The notes under the pieces are model-generated. The model saw only the letters and a list, made by a program, of their open reading frames with translations. It ran no database searches and was not told the DNA's origin. This document shows, one piece after another, positions 46,701 through 58,535 of a stretch of DNA of 64,000 nt. The stretch covers positions 8,122,001 to 8,186,000 of the forward strand of contig NC_043002.1 in assembly GCF_006345805.1 (NCBI RefSeq), in the 5' to 3' direction. The DNA is from Octopus sinensis (lineage: Eukaryota). A program made the translations under genes and the position numbers. Within the stretch, counting starts at the first letter, position 1. The number at the start of each line of letters is the position of its first letter.

Positions 46701-49700
46701 CATTGCCAGAGCGGCTATCTGGCTTCCTTGCCGGTGGCACGTAAAAGACAACATTTGAGCGGGATCATTACCAGCATCGCCTTAATGGCACCTGTGCCGG
46801 TGGCATGTGTAAAAGATTCGAGCGAGGTCATTGCCAGTGCCACCTGTCTGGCCTCGTGCCGGCGGCATGTAAAAGCACCCACTACACTCTCGGAGTGGTT
46901 GGCATTAGGAAGGGCATCCAGCTGTAGAAACTCTGCCAGATCAAGATTGAAGCCTGGTGCAGCCATCTGGTTCGCCAGCCCTGTTATTCGTCCAACCCAT
47001 GCTAGCATGGAAAGCGGACGTTAAACGATGATGATGATGATTTATTTACATGAAAGAAAATTACCTAAAAAACTTTCATGTTAAAAATAACAGCTAAATA
47101 AGATTTATTTACATTAAAGAAAATTACCAGAAACATAACACGTTGTTTACAAATATTGACAACATATGCCATTTTGTCATGCACAAAATGACAACTTCCA
47201 AATCCTGCTTCTTGACTGGGTGAAAACAATCGAACTTTAAGCCTCTATAACATTTTTAAAATATTTTTCTGGAAAAAATGAAATAACTCCAGCAATTCAG
47301 TTTGGGCAAGTCTATTATTGTGCCAACGTCAGAGTAACCAGGGAATATCGAAGAATCAACACCAAGAAGGAAGAAATATTATTTACATATATTTATTGAT
47401 AAACTCACAGGTAGTTAGAGACAGTAGTACTTGTAGTCATAGCAAAGTTTTTTTTTCAATAGTGATAAAAAGGTTGCTGTCCATCAGAAGAGAAGGAAAG
47501 AGTAAGGAATGCACAGTGCTGACTAGAAAGGATAAAGGTGGCTCTGCTCTGATTGGCTGTATGCAAATGAGTTCATTACTAGGATCTAGAACTCTCGTGG
47601 GAAAAAAATTTCACGGCCAACTTCTGTCAAACCGTCCAACCCATGCCAGCATGGAAAATGGGTGTTAGACAATGATGTTGATGATGATGGTTTTAAATTG
47701 AACATAATACTCCAAATAATTACAAATATTTCTAATAGCAGTAGAACAAGAAACTGTATGCTGTGTCTAGAAATGTCATTCAAATCAATAGTTTAACATT
47801 GTAGCCATTTCATCATCATCATCATTTAACGTCCGCTTTCCATGCTAGCATGGGTTGGACGATTTGACTGAGGTCTGGCGAACCAGACTCCAATCTGATC
47901 TGGCAGAGTTTCTACAGCTGGATGCCCTTCCTAACGCCAACCACTCCGAGGGTGTAGTGGGTGCTTTTATGTGCCACCGGCATGAGGGCCAGTTTGGTAC
48001 TACTGGCAACGGCCACGCCCAAATGGTGCTTTTTATGTACCACCTGCACAGGAGCCAGTCCAGCGGCACTGGCAATGACCTCACTCGAATGTTTCACGTG
48101 CCACCAGCACAAGTGCTAGTAAGGCGATGTGGTAATGATCACGCTCGAATGGTGTGCTTAACGTGCCATAGGCACGAAGGCCAGCTTGTTGCTCTGGCAA
48201 CGATCTCACTCGTATGGTACTCTTAGCGCCGGATGCCAGTCACCAAGTTAACCAATTTAACTATTGTAAAACCATCACACTGTAACAAACATTAATGGGA
48301 AATATTAATACTGATATAAATATGAAGAAATGTTTGGAAATTTAATTGATAAATCCATCAATACTTACACTGCATTAAGCCATATTCTAGTCTTCTCAAA
48401 ATCCTTACTCAATGCAACGGTTGTTTTTGCTCGAAGCTGTGCAGAAAAATAAATAAATTTGGATTATTTATTTGTTTGTTACATCAAAGAAAAAATATCC
48501 ATGCTAGCATGGGTTGGACGATTTTGAATGAGAGCTGGCGAACCAGATGGCTGCACCAGGCTCCAATCTTGATTTGGCAGAGTTTCTACAGTTGGATGCC
48601 CTTCCTAATGCCAACCACTCCATGAGTGTAGTGGGTGCTTTTACGAGCCACCAGCACGGGGCCAGTCAGGTGGCACTGGCAATGACCTCACTCGAATCCT
48701 TTTACACATGCCACCAGCACAGGTGCCAGTAAGGCGACGTTAGTAACAATCACACTCGAATGGTGCCCTTTTGCGTGCCACTGGCACGGAAGCCAGTTGG
48801 CTGCTCTGGGATAGTTTATATCACAGAACCAAAGCAATCTTGGGCAGGTTAGGGTTGAATACATGTTTTGAGGGGTGTTTTTCCAGTCAGACATAGTTTG
48901 GGGTCTTAAGTACATCATCTTGCATTTTATTCCTATGAGTAACCTAATGCTCTCAGCATTCCCCCAACAAATACCTAAACTTGGTTTATCTCACCAGTAG
49001 AGACCTTCTATCATTAATTTACAACAAATATTCGCAAAACATCATCTATTCAAATTACTTGTCTATACCAGTATTTTTCTCATTTGCACACATTGGTCAA
49101 TGCTCAAATATAACCACCAGCATCCAAAGAGAATAACATGAGTTAATACAGGATAAAAAAGTGACTTTTGTAAGAGGAGTGGCTGTGTGGTAAGTAGCTT
49201 GCTTACCAACCACATGGTTCCGGGTTCAGTCCCACTGCGTGGCACCTTGGGCAAGTGTCTTCTACTATAGCATCAAGCCGACCAAAGCCTTGTGAGTGGA
49301 TTTGGTAGACGGAAACTCAAAGAAGCTCGGCGTATATATGTGTATATATATATATGTGTGTGTGTGTATGTGTGCCTGTGTTTTTCCTCCCAACATCGCT
49401 TGACAACCGATGCTGGGGTGCTTACGTCTCTGTAACTTAGCGGTTTGGCAATAGAGACCAATAGAATAAGTACTAGGCTTACAAAGAATAAGTCCTGGGA
49501 TCGATTTGCTCGAATAAAGGCGGTGCTCCAGCATGGCCACAGTCAAATGACTGAAACAAGTAAAAGAGAAAAGAGTATCTCTTTTCCACATAGCAACATA
49601 GCATACCTCACATTTAACTTATACCCCAATTGCTTTGTCATCTTACTTGCACTTAGCTTTTGACATGTATTAGTATTGCAACATCTTAATCCCCAATCAA

Positions 49701-52700
49701 GCAAGAAACATCGACATTCACTGTCTATCTTTCACGACCATGTAGCATTGATCCTTCTGGGCATGTGTCATAGGACCACATTATTTCAAGCAAGAGTTAT
49801 CTTCCCTGTCATAAAATTTTCTACATCAGAAATCAAGGTTTCAAATCTCAACATAGCATAACAATAATATTTTTTTAAACATTTAACTTGCACTGTGGAA
49901 TACTCAACAAAACTGCTATTAACCGTTGATTACAATTTCAGTGCCTTCCAACAGTATCATTCTTCCCAGAGGTGCCAAACAGCAATGATGGTGCCAGAGA
50001 ATGTCTGTGTCCTTTTGGCCAGAGTAAAACACACCTTTTTTTTAACCTTTGGTCATTCATGCAGCCACCATAATAGACAGAAAGTGGTAGTGACCACCCC
50101 AACTGTACATCAACTATTTTGCTTTGGTGGCAAGTGTAAAAGGATTCGAGCGAGGTCGTTGCCAGTACCACCTCACTGGCCCCCGTGTCGGTGGGACGTA
50201 AAAAGCACCCACTACACTCTCGGAGTGGTTTGTGTTAGGAAGGGCATCCAGCTGTAGGAACTCTGCCAGATCAAGACTGGAGCCTGGTGCAGCCATCTGG
50301 TTCGCCAGCCCTCAGTCAAAATCGTCCAACCCATGCTAGCATGGAAAGCGGACGTTAAACGATGATGATGATGATGATTTATTGAAGACTCAAATCAACA
50401 AACTGACAGAAATGTTTGAAAATTGGATAAAATAATGTCCAGCTCATTCTAACACTGTCCAAACTATCAAGCTCATTCTGGAATCAATCGAATAAAGTCG
50501 TCTCCTTATAATAACTCCTGGCCTTGTGCCTAAATTAAAAGCCATTGTTTATTTGGGGGTGTGTCCTTTGCTGTCAGCTTTGGTCTTTCTCTCACACGCA
50601 ACCGGCATAACCATTGTGGGGCATTTTATTGTTGAATTCCTGCTTCGCTGTCCATCCTAAGTCCAATGTCAGCCAGGTAAGACGCAGTCAGTCCAACTAT
50701 AAACCCATGACATCCTGTCTCTACTGGAATCACTGTGGACTGCCATCCCTTTTGCATCACACAGTTCTTTATGTCCTTCATACTGCATGGACTTATTCTG
50801 GGTACTGTCAACCAATTCAACAAGCATAATTTATTTTGCCAAAGCAAGTGCATTGCTTCTTTATTGCAATACAGTTTGGGAATATAAACACTTTCTTCAA
50901 ATCAACCTGCACTTTTAAGTCATTAGCATCATAAAACAGGTTTGGTTTTAAATGTCCCTTTGTTTATGCTTCTGAGTTATCCTTTCAGCTGTCTTACTGT
51001 TTCCATTTAGAACATGCTCCACAATAGTTTTTTTTTTACCTGGCTACCATAAGCATTGGTTTCTTAACCCAGCTGTCTTAGTCACATGCTCCTCTTAAAT
51101 ATAACAAATTTCTTTAATCACATCTTGGTTACCTTTGTTACTCTGATGAGATAACCATTTGTTCTACATCCATCCCACCTGGAGTCTTGTAGTAGTAGTA
51201 GTAGTATAAAGCCCAGCTCTTATAAAGCATGATAGCAAACTGACCCACTCCTAAAACAGCTTATTCTCTATAGTGAGGTGGAATATGGGACAAAACTAAC
51301 CACACACACACAACTTGTATAGACTAACAGACAATACAAAGTGTTGCACAAAACACAAAAACCTCAAAGAAGAGATTAAGTCATGAAATTTTAAATATTA
51401 CATTTTGTGCCAAGATTCTCAAAGAATCTATGATGGTATAAAAAGGAACCTTACCTGAGTAGGACTGAGTGTTATGCTTATCGAGGAATTCAGAGGAAGA
51501 ATAAGGTTTTCATCACGTTTACCCCCTGAAAATGAAATGAAATTAATATTTTTATTAAGTGTTATGCATAAAAATACAAACAGAAGCAAGTTAATTGATA
51601 TGGCAAACTGAATATTAAGCAGGTTAAAGCCATACATACAAAATACAAATATATAAATCAAATGGAAATTGTAGTTGTGATACCTGTACCGGTGGCACAT
51701 AAAGAGCACCATCCGAACGTGGTCGATACCAGCGCCGCCTTGACTGGCTTCTGTGCCGGTGGCACGTAAAAAGCACCAACTGATCATGGCTACAGCCAGC
51801 CCCCCCTGGTACCTGTGCCGGTAGCATGTAAAAAGCACCCACTACACTCACGGAGTGGTTGGCATTAGGAAGGGCATCCAGCTGTAGAAACACTGCCAGA
51901 TCAGACTGGAGCCTGGTGCAGCCTCCTGGCTTCCCAGACCCCGGTTGAACCGTCCAACCTATGCTAGCACGGAAAACAGACATTAAACAATGATGATGAT
52001 GATGTGTGTATGTACATACACATCATCATCATTTAAACAACCATTTTCCATACTGTCATGGGTTGGATGGTTTGACAGGAACTGGCAAGCTAAGTGCCAC
52101 ACCAGCATCCATAGTCTATTCTAGCTTGGTTTCTACAGCTGGATGCCTTTCCTAATGCCAACCACTTTACAAAGTGTATGTAGTTTCCATGCATTTGCAG
52201 AATCTATGAAAGACTTGAAGAAGTTGGATCACGGGCAAGCCAACAGCAAAGGTAGGTTTCATAAAGTGGCAAGCTGGCATCATCGAATTTGATTTTGATT
52301 TGATATATATTTATATATATAAGGATAAGATCATTGTTTAAAATACCAATCATATCAAGTGGCCAGCATGGGAATAAAAACCTTATAGGTATTAATTATT
52401 ATTATAATCCAATAATTAATTTTGCTAGTTTATTTGTCTATTCCTCTGGTGCTATATGAATACATCAAGTGGTTTTAGAATAAGGTTTTGACTGCTATCT
52501 CTAGCATAGTGGTATCTCTTAGATAGCCTTAATTATAATTTTATACATAGAGAGAGAGATACATGTACACATGCCGACCAAAGTAAAAAGCACTCATGCA
52601 AACCCCTACAAAAAGCACTAAAGAGAGTAAAAAATCCGGGCAAATATCAATAAGGCACTCAGAAATTTAGTTCAGGAAAATTTTCATTAGAGTTACTTTC

Positions 52701-55700
52701 ACAATTCATACTATTGATTCTATTCTTGTTTACAGATTTTGAGCTGAGAAGTTGGATCATGGGCAAGCCAACAGCAAAGGTAAGTTGCATAAGGTGGCAA
52801 GCTGGCGTCATTGAATTTGATTTTGATTCGATATCATCATCATCATCAGCGTTTAACGTCCGTTTTCCATGCTAGCATGGGTTGGACGGTTCAACTGGGG
52901 TCTCTGAAGCCAGAAGGCTTCATCAGGCCCAGTCAGATCTGGCAGTGTTTCTACGGCTGGATGCTCTTCCTAACGCCAACCACTCCGTGAGTGTAGTGGG
53001 TGCTTTTTACGTGCTACCCGCACAGGTGCCAGACAGAGCTGGCATATATATATTTATTTATATATATAAGGTGGCACGTGAAACATTTGAGCGAGGTCGT
53101 CGCCAGTGCTGCTGGACTGGCTCCTGTGCAGGTGGCACATAAAAAGCACCATTTGGGGTTGTGTCAGTTGCCAGTACCACCAAACTGGCCCTCGTGCCGG
53201 TGGCACGTAAAAGCACCCACTACACTCTCATACTGGTTGGCGTTAGGAAGGGCATCCAGCTGTAGAAATTTTGCCAGATCAGATTGGGGTCTGGTTCGCC
53301 AGACCTCAGTCAAATCGTCCAACCCATGCTAGCATGGAAAGCGGATGTTAAATGATGATGATGATGATGATGATTTCATGCTGGCATGAGCTGGACATTT
53401 TAGCAGCATCCAATATGTCAGAGGGCTGCCCCTTTAAATGTTCCCTAATGCTCCATTTATTGTGCTGCTAAATTCTCAGCCAAATTCCAGGTAGTTGAAT
53501 ACAAAAATTTTATACTGTGGAAATTAAATTTATGTATTTGAAAGTGGGAAATACTTATCTAGTGCAGCAAAGAATTTTTGAGGAATACTAGAAGCTATTG
53601 TGTATGTCAATGGTGCATCATACCAGATAATATTCCTTGGTTTATTCTTTCTATTATTTATCATCATCATCATAGATTAAAATCGATTTTCCATGCTAGC
53701 ACGGGTTGGATGGTTCGACAGGGGTCTGGGAAGCCAGGAGGCTGCACCAGGCCCAGTCTGATCTGGCAGTGTTTCTACAGCTTGATGCCCTTCCTAATGC
53801 CAACCACTCCGTGAGTGTAGTGGGTGCTTTTTACATGCCACTGGCATAGGTGCCAGGGGAGGCTGGCAGCGGCCACGATCGGTCGGTACTTTTTATGTGC
53901 CACTGGCACAGAAGCCAGTCGAGGCGGCGCTGGCATCGGCCACATTCGGATGGTGCTTTTTACTCTTGAATGTAGAACTGAATTTCTAGTGTTTATTGTA
54001 CCTATATATCTGCCCTGCCAAAGACTACTTTCTCTGTTAACCTTCCTCTGATATTGCTGCACTTCTTATGTGTCCATAGCTTGCACCAGGCGCACCTTAT
54101 GGAGTTTCTACCTACAACTTGTACATAATTCTTCATCTCTTAAATATAGGACTGTATTATCAGTGCAAATGTATTGAGAAAAGCTGGGCATAAGAGGAAT
54201 CAAATGCAGCATACAAGAGAGAAGACTATGTTAGTTTGGACATTTGATGCGTATGAATGAAGACAGCTGCATAAAGAAGTGCCGATCACTGAAAGTGGAT
54301 GGTACCCGCGGAAGAAGGAAACCCAAGAAGATATGGGATGGAGTGGTAAGGACCGATCTCAGGATGTTGGGCCTCACAGAGGAAATGACAATGGACCAAG
54401 ATGTCTGGCAATATGAAGTTCCTGAAGTGCTGTCTTCCACCCATGTGCTTGCGAAGACCAGTTGAGGCAAGTGAAATCGAAGTCAAAATCAAACTCGGTG
54501 ACTGGCATCCGTTGCTATTGGAGCACTAAGAGTACCATACAAGTGAGATCATTGCCAGAGCAACACGCTGGCCTTCATGCCGATGGCACGTTAAACGCAC
54601 CATTCGAGCATGATCGTTACCGCGTCGCCTTACTAGCACTTGTGCTGGTGGCATGTGAAACATTCAAGTGAGGTCGTCACCAGTGCCGCTGGACTGGCTC
54701 CTGTGCAGGTGGCACATAAAAAGCACCATTTGGGCATGGCGGTTGCCAGTACCACCGAACTGACCCTCGTGCCGGTGGTGCGTAAAAGCACCCACTACAC
54801 TCTCGGAGTGGTTAGTGTTAGGAAGGGCATCCAACTGTAGAAACTCTGCCAGATCAGATTGGAGTCTGGTTCGCCAGACCTCAGTCAAATCGTCCAACCC
54901 ATGCTAGTATGGAAAGCGGACATTAAATGATGATGATTCCATGCTGGCATGGGCTGGGCATTTTAACAGCATCCAATATGTCAGAGGGCTACATCTTTTT
55001 CCAAAGTTCTATACCTCAATGCCCTTCCTAATGCCAACCACATCAGAGAGTACTGGGTGCATTTTTCATGGCATCAGCTGTAGTGAGGCTGCCTTGGAAA
55101 CGGGTGTTGTGCTTATTCTTTACCTCCACCAAACTTCTACATAGATGTAATTTTTCGTGCTCATTTCAAAAACCAAAATTATTCTTAATTAATAATTTCT
55201 CTATCAAATGATTGAAATTTCCGTAATTAGCATTAAAAGAATTATAGAAATTTTCAATAAAATAGGAAGAGGTAGATCAAGATCGATTAATTCAAAATAT
55301 ACAGAGTTCCTGGAAAGGAGAGATGAGAATATTTGGTACTACTTGAGAACAGTGGTCCCGGTGCGCGTACTCGCGCCAGCTAGTCATGACTAGTCGATCC
55401 TTACTTTGTGTTTTTGTGTGTTATTTACTTTGTGTAAAAAAAATCATTTATTTTGAGTTTTATTTACTTTGCTAGGTAGTCGTAGGATCGACTAGTCACG
55501 ACTAGCTAGCGCGGATACACGACTACGCGAGTGCGCGCACCGGGATCACTGTTCGCTAGTAGTACCGGATATTTAACGACGATAATATCTAAAAAGAAAA
55601 GTAAATGATTATTCCGATTGTTCGATCAATTTGATTGCCTACTTGATTGCACAGACACTTGTAATTTTAACAAACTCGGGCAGAATCAGCACGACAAAGC

Positions 55701-58180
55701 TGCCCCCTTTAAATTACATACATATACAGTCGATAGGACGGACTTTTTTCTATTCAGTTTCTGTTCCCCTTTCACCCAGAAGAAATGAACTGACACGACA
55801 CTAGAAGGAAGAGACTTGCCGAAGATACCGAGTAACGGTACCGAAAGAAAAACCAAACCACTTCTTCACCATTTCAAACACATACACTGTGTAAGTGGGT
55901 ATATTGAGGGTAAATTTGGGGAAGTACACCCCAAAGAAAATCTAATAAACTTCCAAATTACGGAGATTTTCTGCAGGACTAAAGCAATATGATTAATGAA
56001 GGGCCATATCCCGGAATCGTCACTCATCTATCAGAACACGGAGATACACGACTTATTTTGATTTTTTTTCCTTTCTCTGAACTATTTCTAATTAAAACAT
56101 GTTTTCCAATTAGCGTAAGGGCAAAGGAATAATTTGCGACAGACAAGGAAAATAAAGAGAATTTGGATGTAAGAGTGATGGTGTATTGTTATGTATACAG
56201 ACCAAAATGGCTGTGGAAAATGCGCGCGCGCGAGTTTATTTGGCAGAAGCCAAAGGAAGAAGAAGCTAATCTCAACATCCTATTATTTGGTCGTTCGAAC
56301 AGCTGGAAGCAGCATCCGAATCTCCCCCACAAATCACACCACCTTTTTTTAAAAAAGGGTACTACTAGCGAACAGTGGTCCCGGTGCGCGCACTCGCATA
56401 GTGACGCATCCGCGCTAGCCAGTCGTAAGTAGTCGATCCTACAACGACTACCTAGCAAAGTAAATAAAACACAAAATAAATAAATTTTTTTTACACAAAG
56501 TAAATAATTTTTTAAACAAAGTAAATCCCGTCACTTAGCGGTTCGGCAAAAGGAGACCGATAGAATAAGTACTGGGCTTACAAAGAATAAGTCCCGGGGT
56601 CGATTTACTCGACTAAAGGCGATGCTCCAGCATGGCCGCAGTCAAATGACTGAAACAAGTACCAAAAAGAGTAACACACAAAAACACAAAGTAAGGATCG
56701 ACTAGTCATGACTAGCTGGCGCGGATGCGCGAGTAGGCGAGTGCGCGCACCGGGACCACTGTTCGCTAGGGGTACCCTAAAAAAAGGAGGAGGGTACATT
56801 ACAAAAGAAAGTCTTGGATAACATCTTGATAAGAGATGCTCATAGAATGTCTTCTGCCATGGGTTCGTTCATAACAAGTCCCTTCACTGTAAACAGACAC
56901 CTTGGGCATTCATGGAACGGAAACAAGTCTCGAAATAAAATGGAATTTGAAGAGACCATCCATGAAGTGATGTTAGTATGACAAGACGTAAATACATAAA
57001 GTGTTTTGGTACAGGGCCCTCTCTCAATCGGAGGACCTCGAGATCTTCCACACGTATTCTACATATTGTACAACGGTTACAATAATAACATTTATTCTAA
57101 TCGTTGTTTATGTCCCAGGTCAGCAGCCCCCGATCAAACAGATCTATGATGACAGCCGTTAGGCAATCCTTCGGTATTGGTATATATAAGGTGTCAGGAT
57201 GAGGAGATGGCAGAATCGATAGCACGCCGGACGAAATACTTAGCTGTATTTCGTCTGTCTTTACGTTCTGAGTTCAAATTCCACCGAGGTCGACTTTGTC
57301 TTTCATCCTTTCGGGGTCGTCAATAAATTAAGTACCAGTTACGCACTGGGATCGATGTAATCGACTTAATATGTATGTCTGTCCCTTCTGTGTTTAGCCC
57401 CTTGTGGGTAGTAAAGAAATGGGTATTTCGTCTGTCTTTGCGTTCTGAGTTCAAATTCCGCCGAGGTCGACTTCGCCTTTCATCCTTTCGGGGTCGATAA
57501 ATTAAGTACCAGTTACGCACTGGGATCGATATAATCGACTTAATATGTATGTCTGTCCCTTCTGTGTTTAGCCCCTTGTGGGTAGTAAAGAAATCGGATG
57601 AGGAGACGGCTTCATTTACCCCCTTTTTCAGCGTCCTGAGACCGTCCCACTTTCTAAAATTTCAGTTTACTCCGGACTACCTTATCCAATATTGCACTCT
57701 TATAATAATAAATAAAGAAAAAGAGGGAAAAAGAAGGCAAAAAAGATGGGTCGAGCAAATGTGGGTACTACTTGAGAACAGCGATCCCGGTGCGCGCACT
57801 CGCGCATCCGCGCTAGCTAGGTCGTGACTAGTCGATCCTTACTAGTTAGCAAAGTAAATAAAGTACAAAATAAAATAAAATTTTTACACAAAGTAAATAA
57901 TTTTTGTTAAACAAAAACACAAAGGATCGACTAGTCACGACTAGCTTACGCGAGTGCGCGCACCGGGACCACTATTGTCAAGTAGTACCCAAATGTGTCA
58001 TAGTTTCTTCATTGAGTCAAGTTAGTCTACTTTACAAAATAATTATAAAAAGTGCGAGCCGCGGGGTCAGGGTATAAAAGGGGGTAAAGAAAAAAGAAAA
58101 AAAGGCGAATGGTATTTCTTACAGTATTTGATGACAGCAATATTAACCGGTGCAACACATGTCACCATCTGCATCTTCAT
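30744..58180 (-). CDS. MVD: Diphosphomevalonate (mevalonate-5-diphosphate) decarboxylase, 11-exon gene, 398 aa; span from first to last coding base
   Basis: Manually assembled exons 58123-58180, 51455-51525, 48369-48436, 44108-44154, 42909-43058, 42043-42097, 40313-40628, 38102-38224, 37162-37323, 33113-33178, 30744-30824. Lengths 58+71+68+47+150+55+316+123+162+66+81=1197 nt, phases compatible, all GT-AG. Protein carries the MVD/GHMP hallmarks [15 protein letters not shown], [15 protein letters not shown], [23 protein letters not shown] and VGxGP. Confidence 0.97.
31271..31830. mobile_element. Two piggyBac-type MITEs (TTAA|CCCTTTAG...CTAAAGGG|TTAA)
   Basis: 31271-31466 and 31610-31830, each flanked by TTAA with CCC termini; in the last MVD intron. 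Confidence 0.88.
32831..33052. mobile_element. piggyBac-type MITE, second family (TTAA|CCCTTTC...GAAAGGG|TTAA)
   Basis: TTAA TSD at 32827-32830 and 33053-33056; related copy at 61528-61758. Confidence 0.87.
33113..33178 (-). CDS. MVD: MVD exon 10 ([22 protein letters not shown])
   Basis: Acceptor ttttttcctcttttag, donor GTAAGT; phase 0/0; aligns with the ..GVKYII.T segment of other MVDs. Confidence 0.88.
34951..35329 (+). mobile_element. tRNA-derived SINE, third family, inserted in a (CAG)n tract
   Basis: Head GGAGGCGCAATGGCCCAGTGGTTAGG...GGTTTCGATTCC; ACAGCAGCAGCA on both flanks as probable TSD. Confidence 0.75.
37162..37323 (-). CDS. MVD: MVD exon 9 ([14 protein letters not shown]...VPRVTT)
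   Basis: Acceptor catttcgttttag, donor GTATGT; includes the catalytic Asp motif DAGPN. Confidence 0.96.
37540..37860 (-). mobile_element. Penelope-like GIY-YIG C-terminal fragment, rearranged, in MVD intron 8
   Basis: [41 protein letters not shown] (37857-37715) and [17 protein letters not shown] (37600-37540). Confidence 0.65.
38102..38224 (-). CDS. MVD: MVD exon 8 ([19 protein letters not shown]...CERLK)
   Basis: Acceptor tgtttttcccag, donor GTAAGA; 41 codons. Confidence 0.95.
40313..40628 (-). CDS. MVD: MVD exon 7 ([17 protein letters not shown]...FAQICMK)
   Basis: Acceptor ttcttctccag, donor GTAAAT; lies inside ORF 40100-40669; GSGSACRS and HWPELR motifs. Confidence 0.97.
41280..41494 (+). 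mobile_element. Non-autonomous Helitron 3' end in MVD intron 6
   Basis: Hairpin CCCAGGC-AAG-GCCGGG (41467-41482), 8-nt spacer, CTAG (41491-41494) then T; same architecture as 1174-1201. The 5' boundary is approximate. Confidence 0.6.
42043..42097 (-). CDS. MVD: MVD exon 6 ([19 protein letters not shown])
   Basis: Acceptor ttttaccttttag, donor GTAAGA; phases fit neighbours; DLS.IAR motif. Confidence 0.92.
42909..43058 (-). CDS. MVD: MVD exon 5 (...[26 protein letters not shown])
   Basis: Acceptor ttttttttccag, donor GTAAGA; contains the GHMP ATP-binding motif. Confidence 0.96.
44108..44154 (-). CDS. MVD: MVD exon 4 ([15 protein letters not shown])
   Basis: Acceptor ttctatctccacag, donor GTAAGT; phase 2 in, phase 1 out; PRLQ motif. 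Confidence 0.9.
48369..48436 (-). CDS. MVD: MVD exon 3 ([22 protein letters not shown])
   Basis: Acceptor tttttctgcacag, donor GTAAGT; resembles the SKDF..RIWLN segment of MVD. Confidence 0.93.
50600..50860 (-). mobile_element. RLE endonuclease C-terminal fragment (HERO-like)
   Basis: LTVP...[29 protein letters not shown] resembles the ELTVP...GW....PVEVGCRGF motif. Confidence 0.6.
51455..51525 (-). CDS. MVD: MVD exon 2 ([24 protein letters not shown])
   Basis: Acceptor tttcattttcag, donor GTAAGG; completes the split TGG codon. Confidence 0.95.
54160..54937 (+). mobile_element. 5'-truncated RTE LINE: ORF C-terminus plus full 3' UTR ending in (GAT)n
   Basis: [54 protein letters not shown] is the RTE C-terminal signature and runs directly into the dispersed repeat ending GGAAAGCGGACATTAAATGATGATG. 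Confidence 0.85.
55335..57989. mobile_element. MITE family M2, three copies in MVD intron 1 (TIR GGTACTAC...; 8-bp TSD), Merlin-like
   Basis: 55335-55566 (gaatattt/ggatattt); 56358-56776 (contains a SINE A fragment, TSD unclear); 57764-57989 (caaatgtg perfect). Long CpG-rich imperfect TIRs. Confidence 0.88.
58123..58180 (-). CDS. MVD: MVD exon 1 ([19 protein letters not shown] + first base of W)
   Basis: ATG at 58180-58178; donor T|GTAAGA at 58122; [14 protein letters not shown] motif. Alternative in-frame ATGs at 58174 and 58168 are possible starts. Confidence 0.93.
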
Positions 58181-58299
58181 CTTCAGCGATTCCTGATGGT
58201 GTCCTAGACAAACGCAGACTCTCACAGACGGTCCCCGATTTCCTCTGGAACCGGTTTCTTCGATAAGAAATCCACAAATAAAACGCAATCAATGAATAA

Positions 58300-58535
58300 T
58301 TACACACACGTGCGCGCTCTCTACTCTGTCTGTCTTTCTATTGCACTCCGCTCTCTCTCTCTCACTCCCTCTGCCTTTCTCTTTTTCTTTATTCGTTCTT
58401 TCTATTACACTCCTCTCTCTCTCTCTCTCCCTCTGCCTTTCTCTTTATCTCTCTTGTGATATTCACCACGAGCGGCTTTCCAATTTCATACATTTTTTTT
58501 TTCCAGATTCAGACTGTTGTATTCACCACGTGCCG
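58300..58535. promoter_or_regulatory. Putative MVD proximal promoter: CACGTG E-box/GCGCGC cluster and twin TATTCACCACG motifs
   Basis: CACGTG at 58307-58312 next to GCGCGC; identical 11-mer TATTCACCACG at 58460-58470 and 58520-58530; 130-350 nt upstream of the ATG. Confidence 0.35.
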
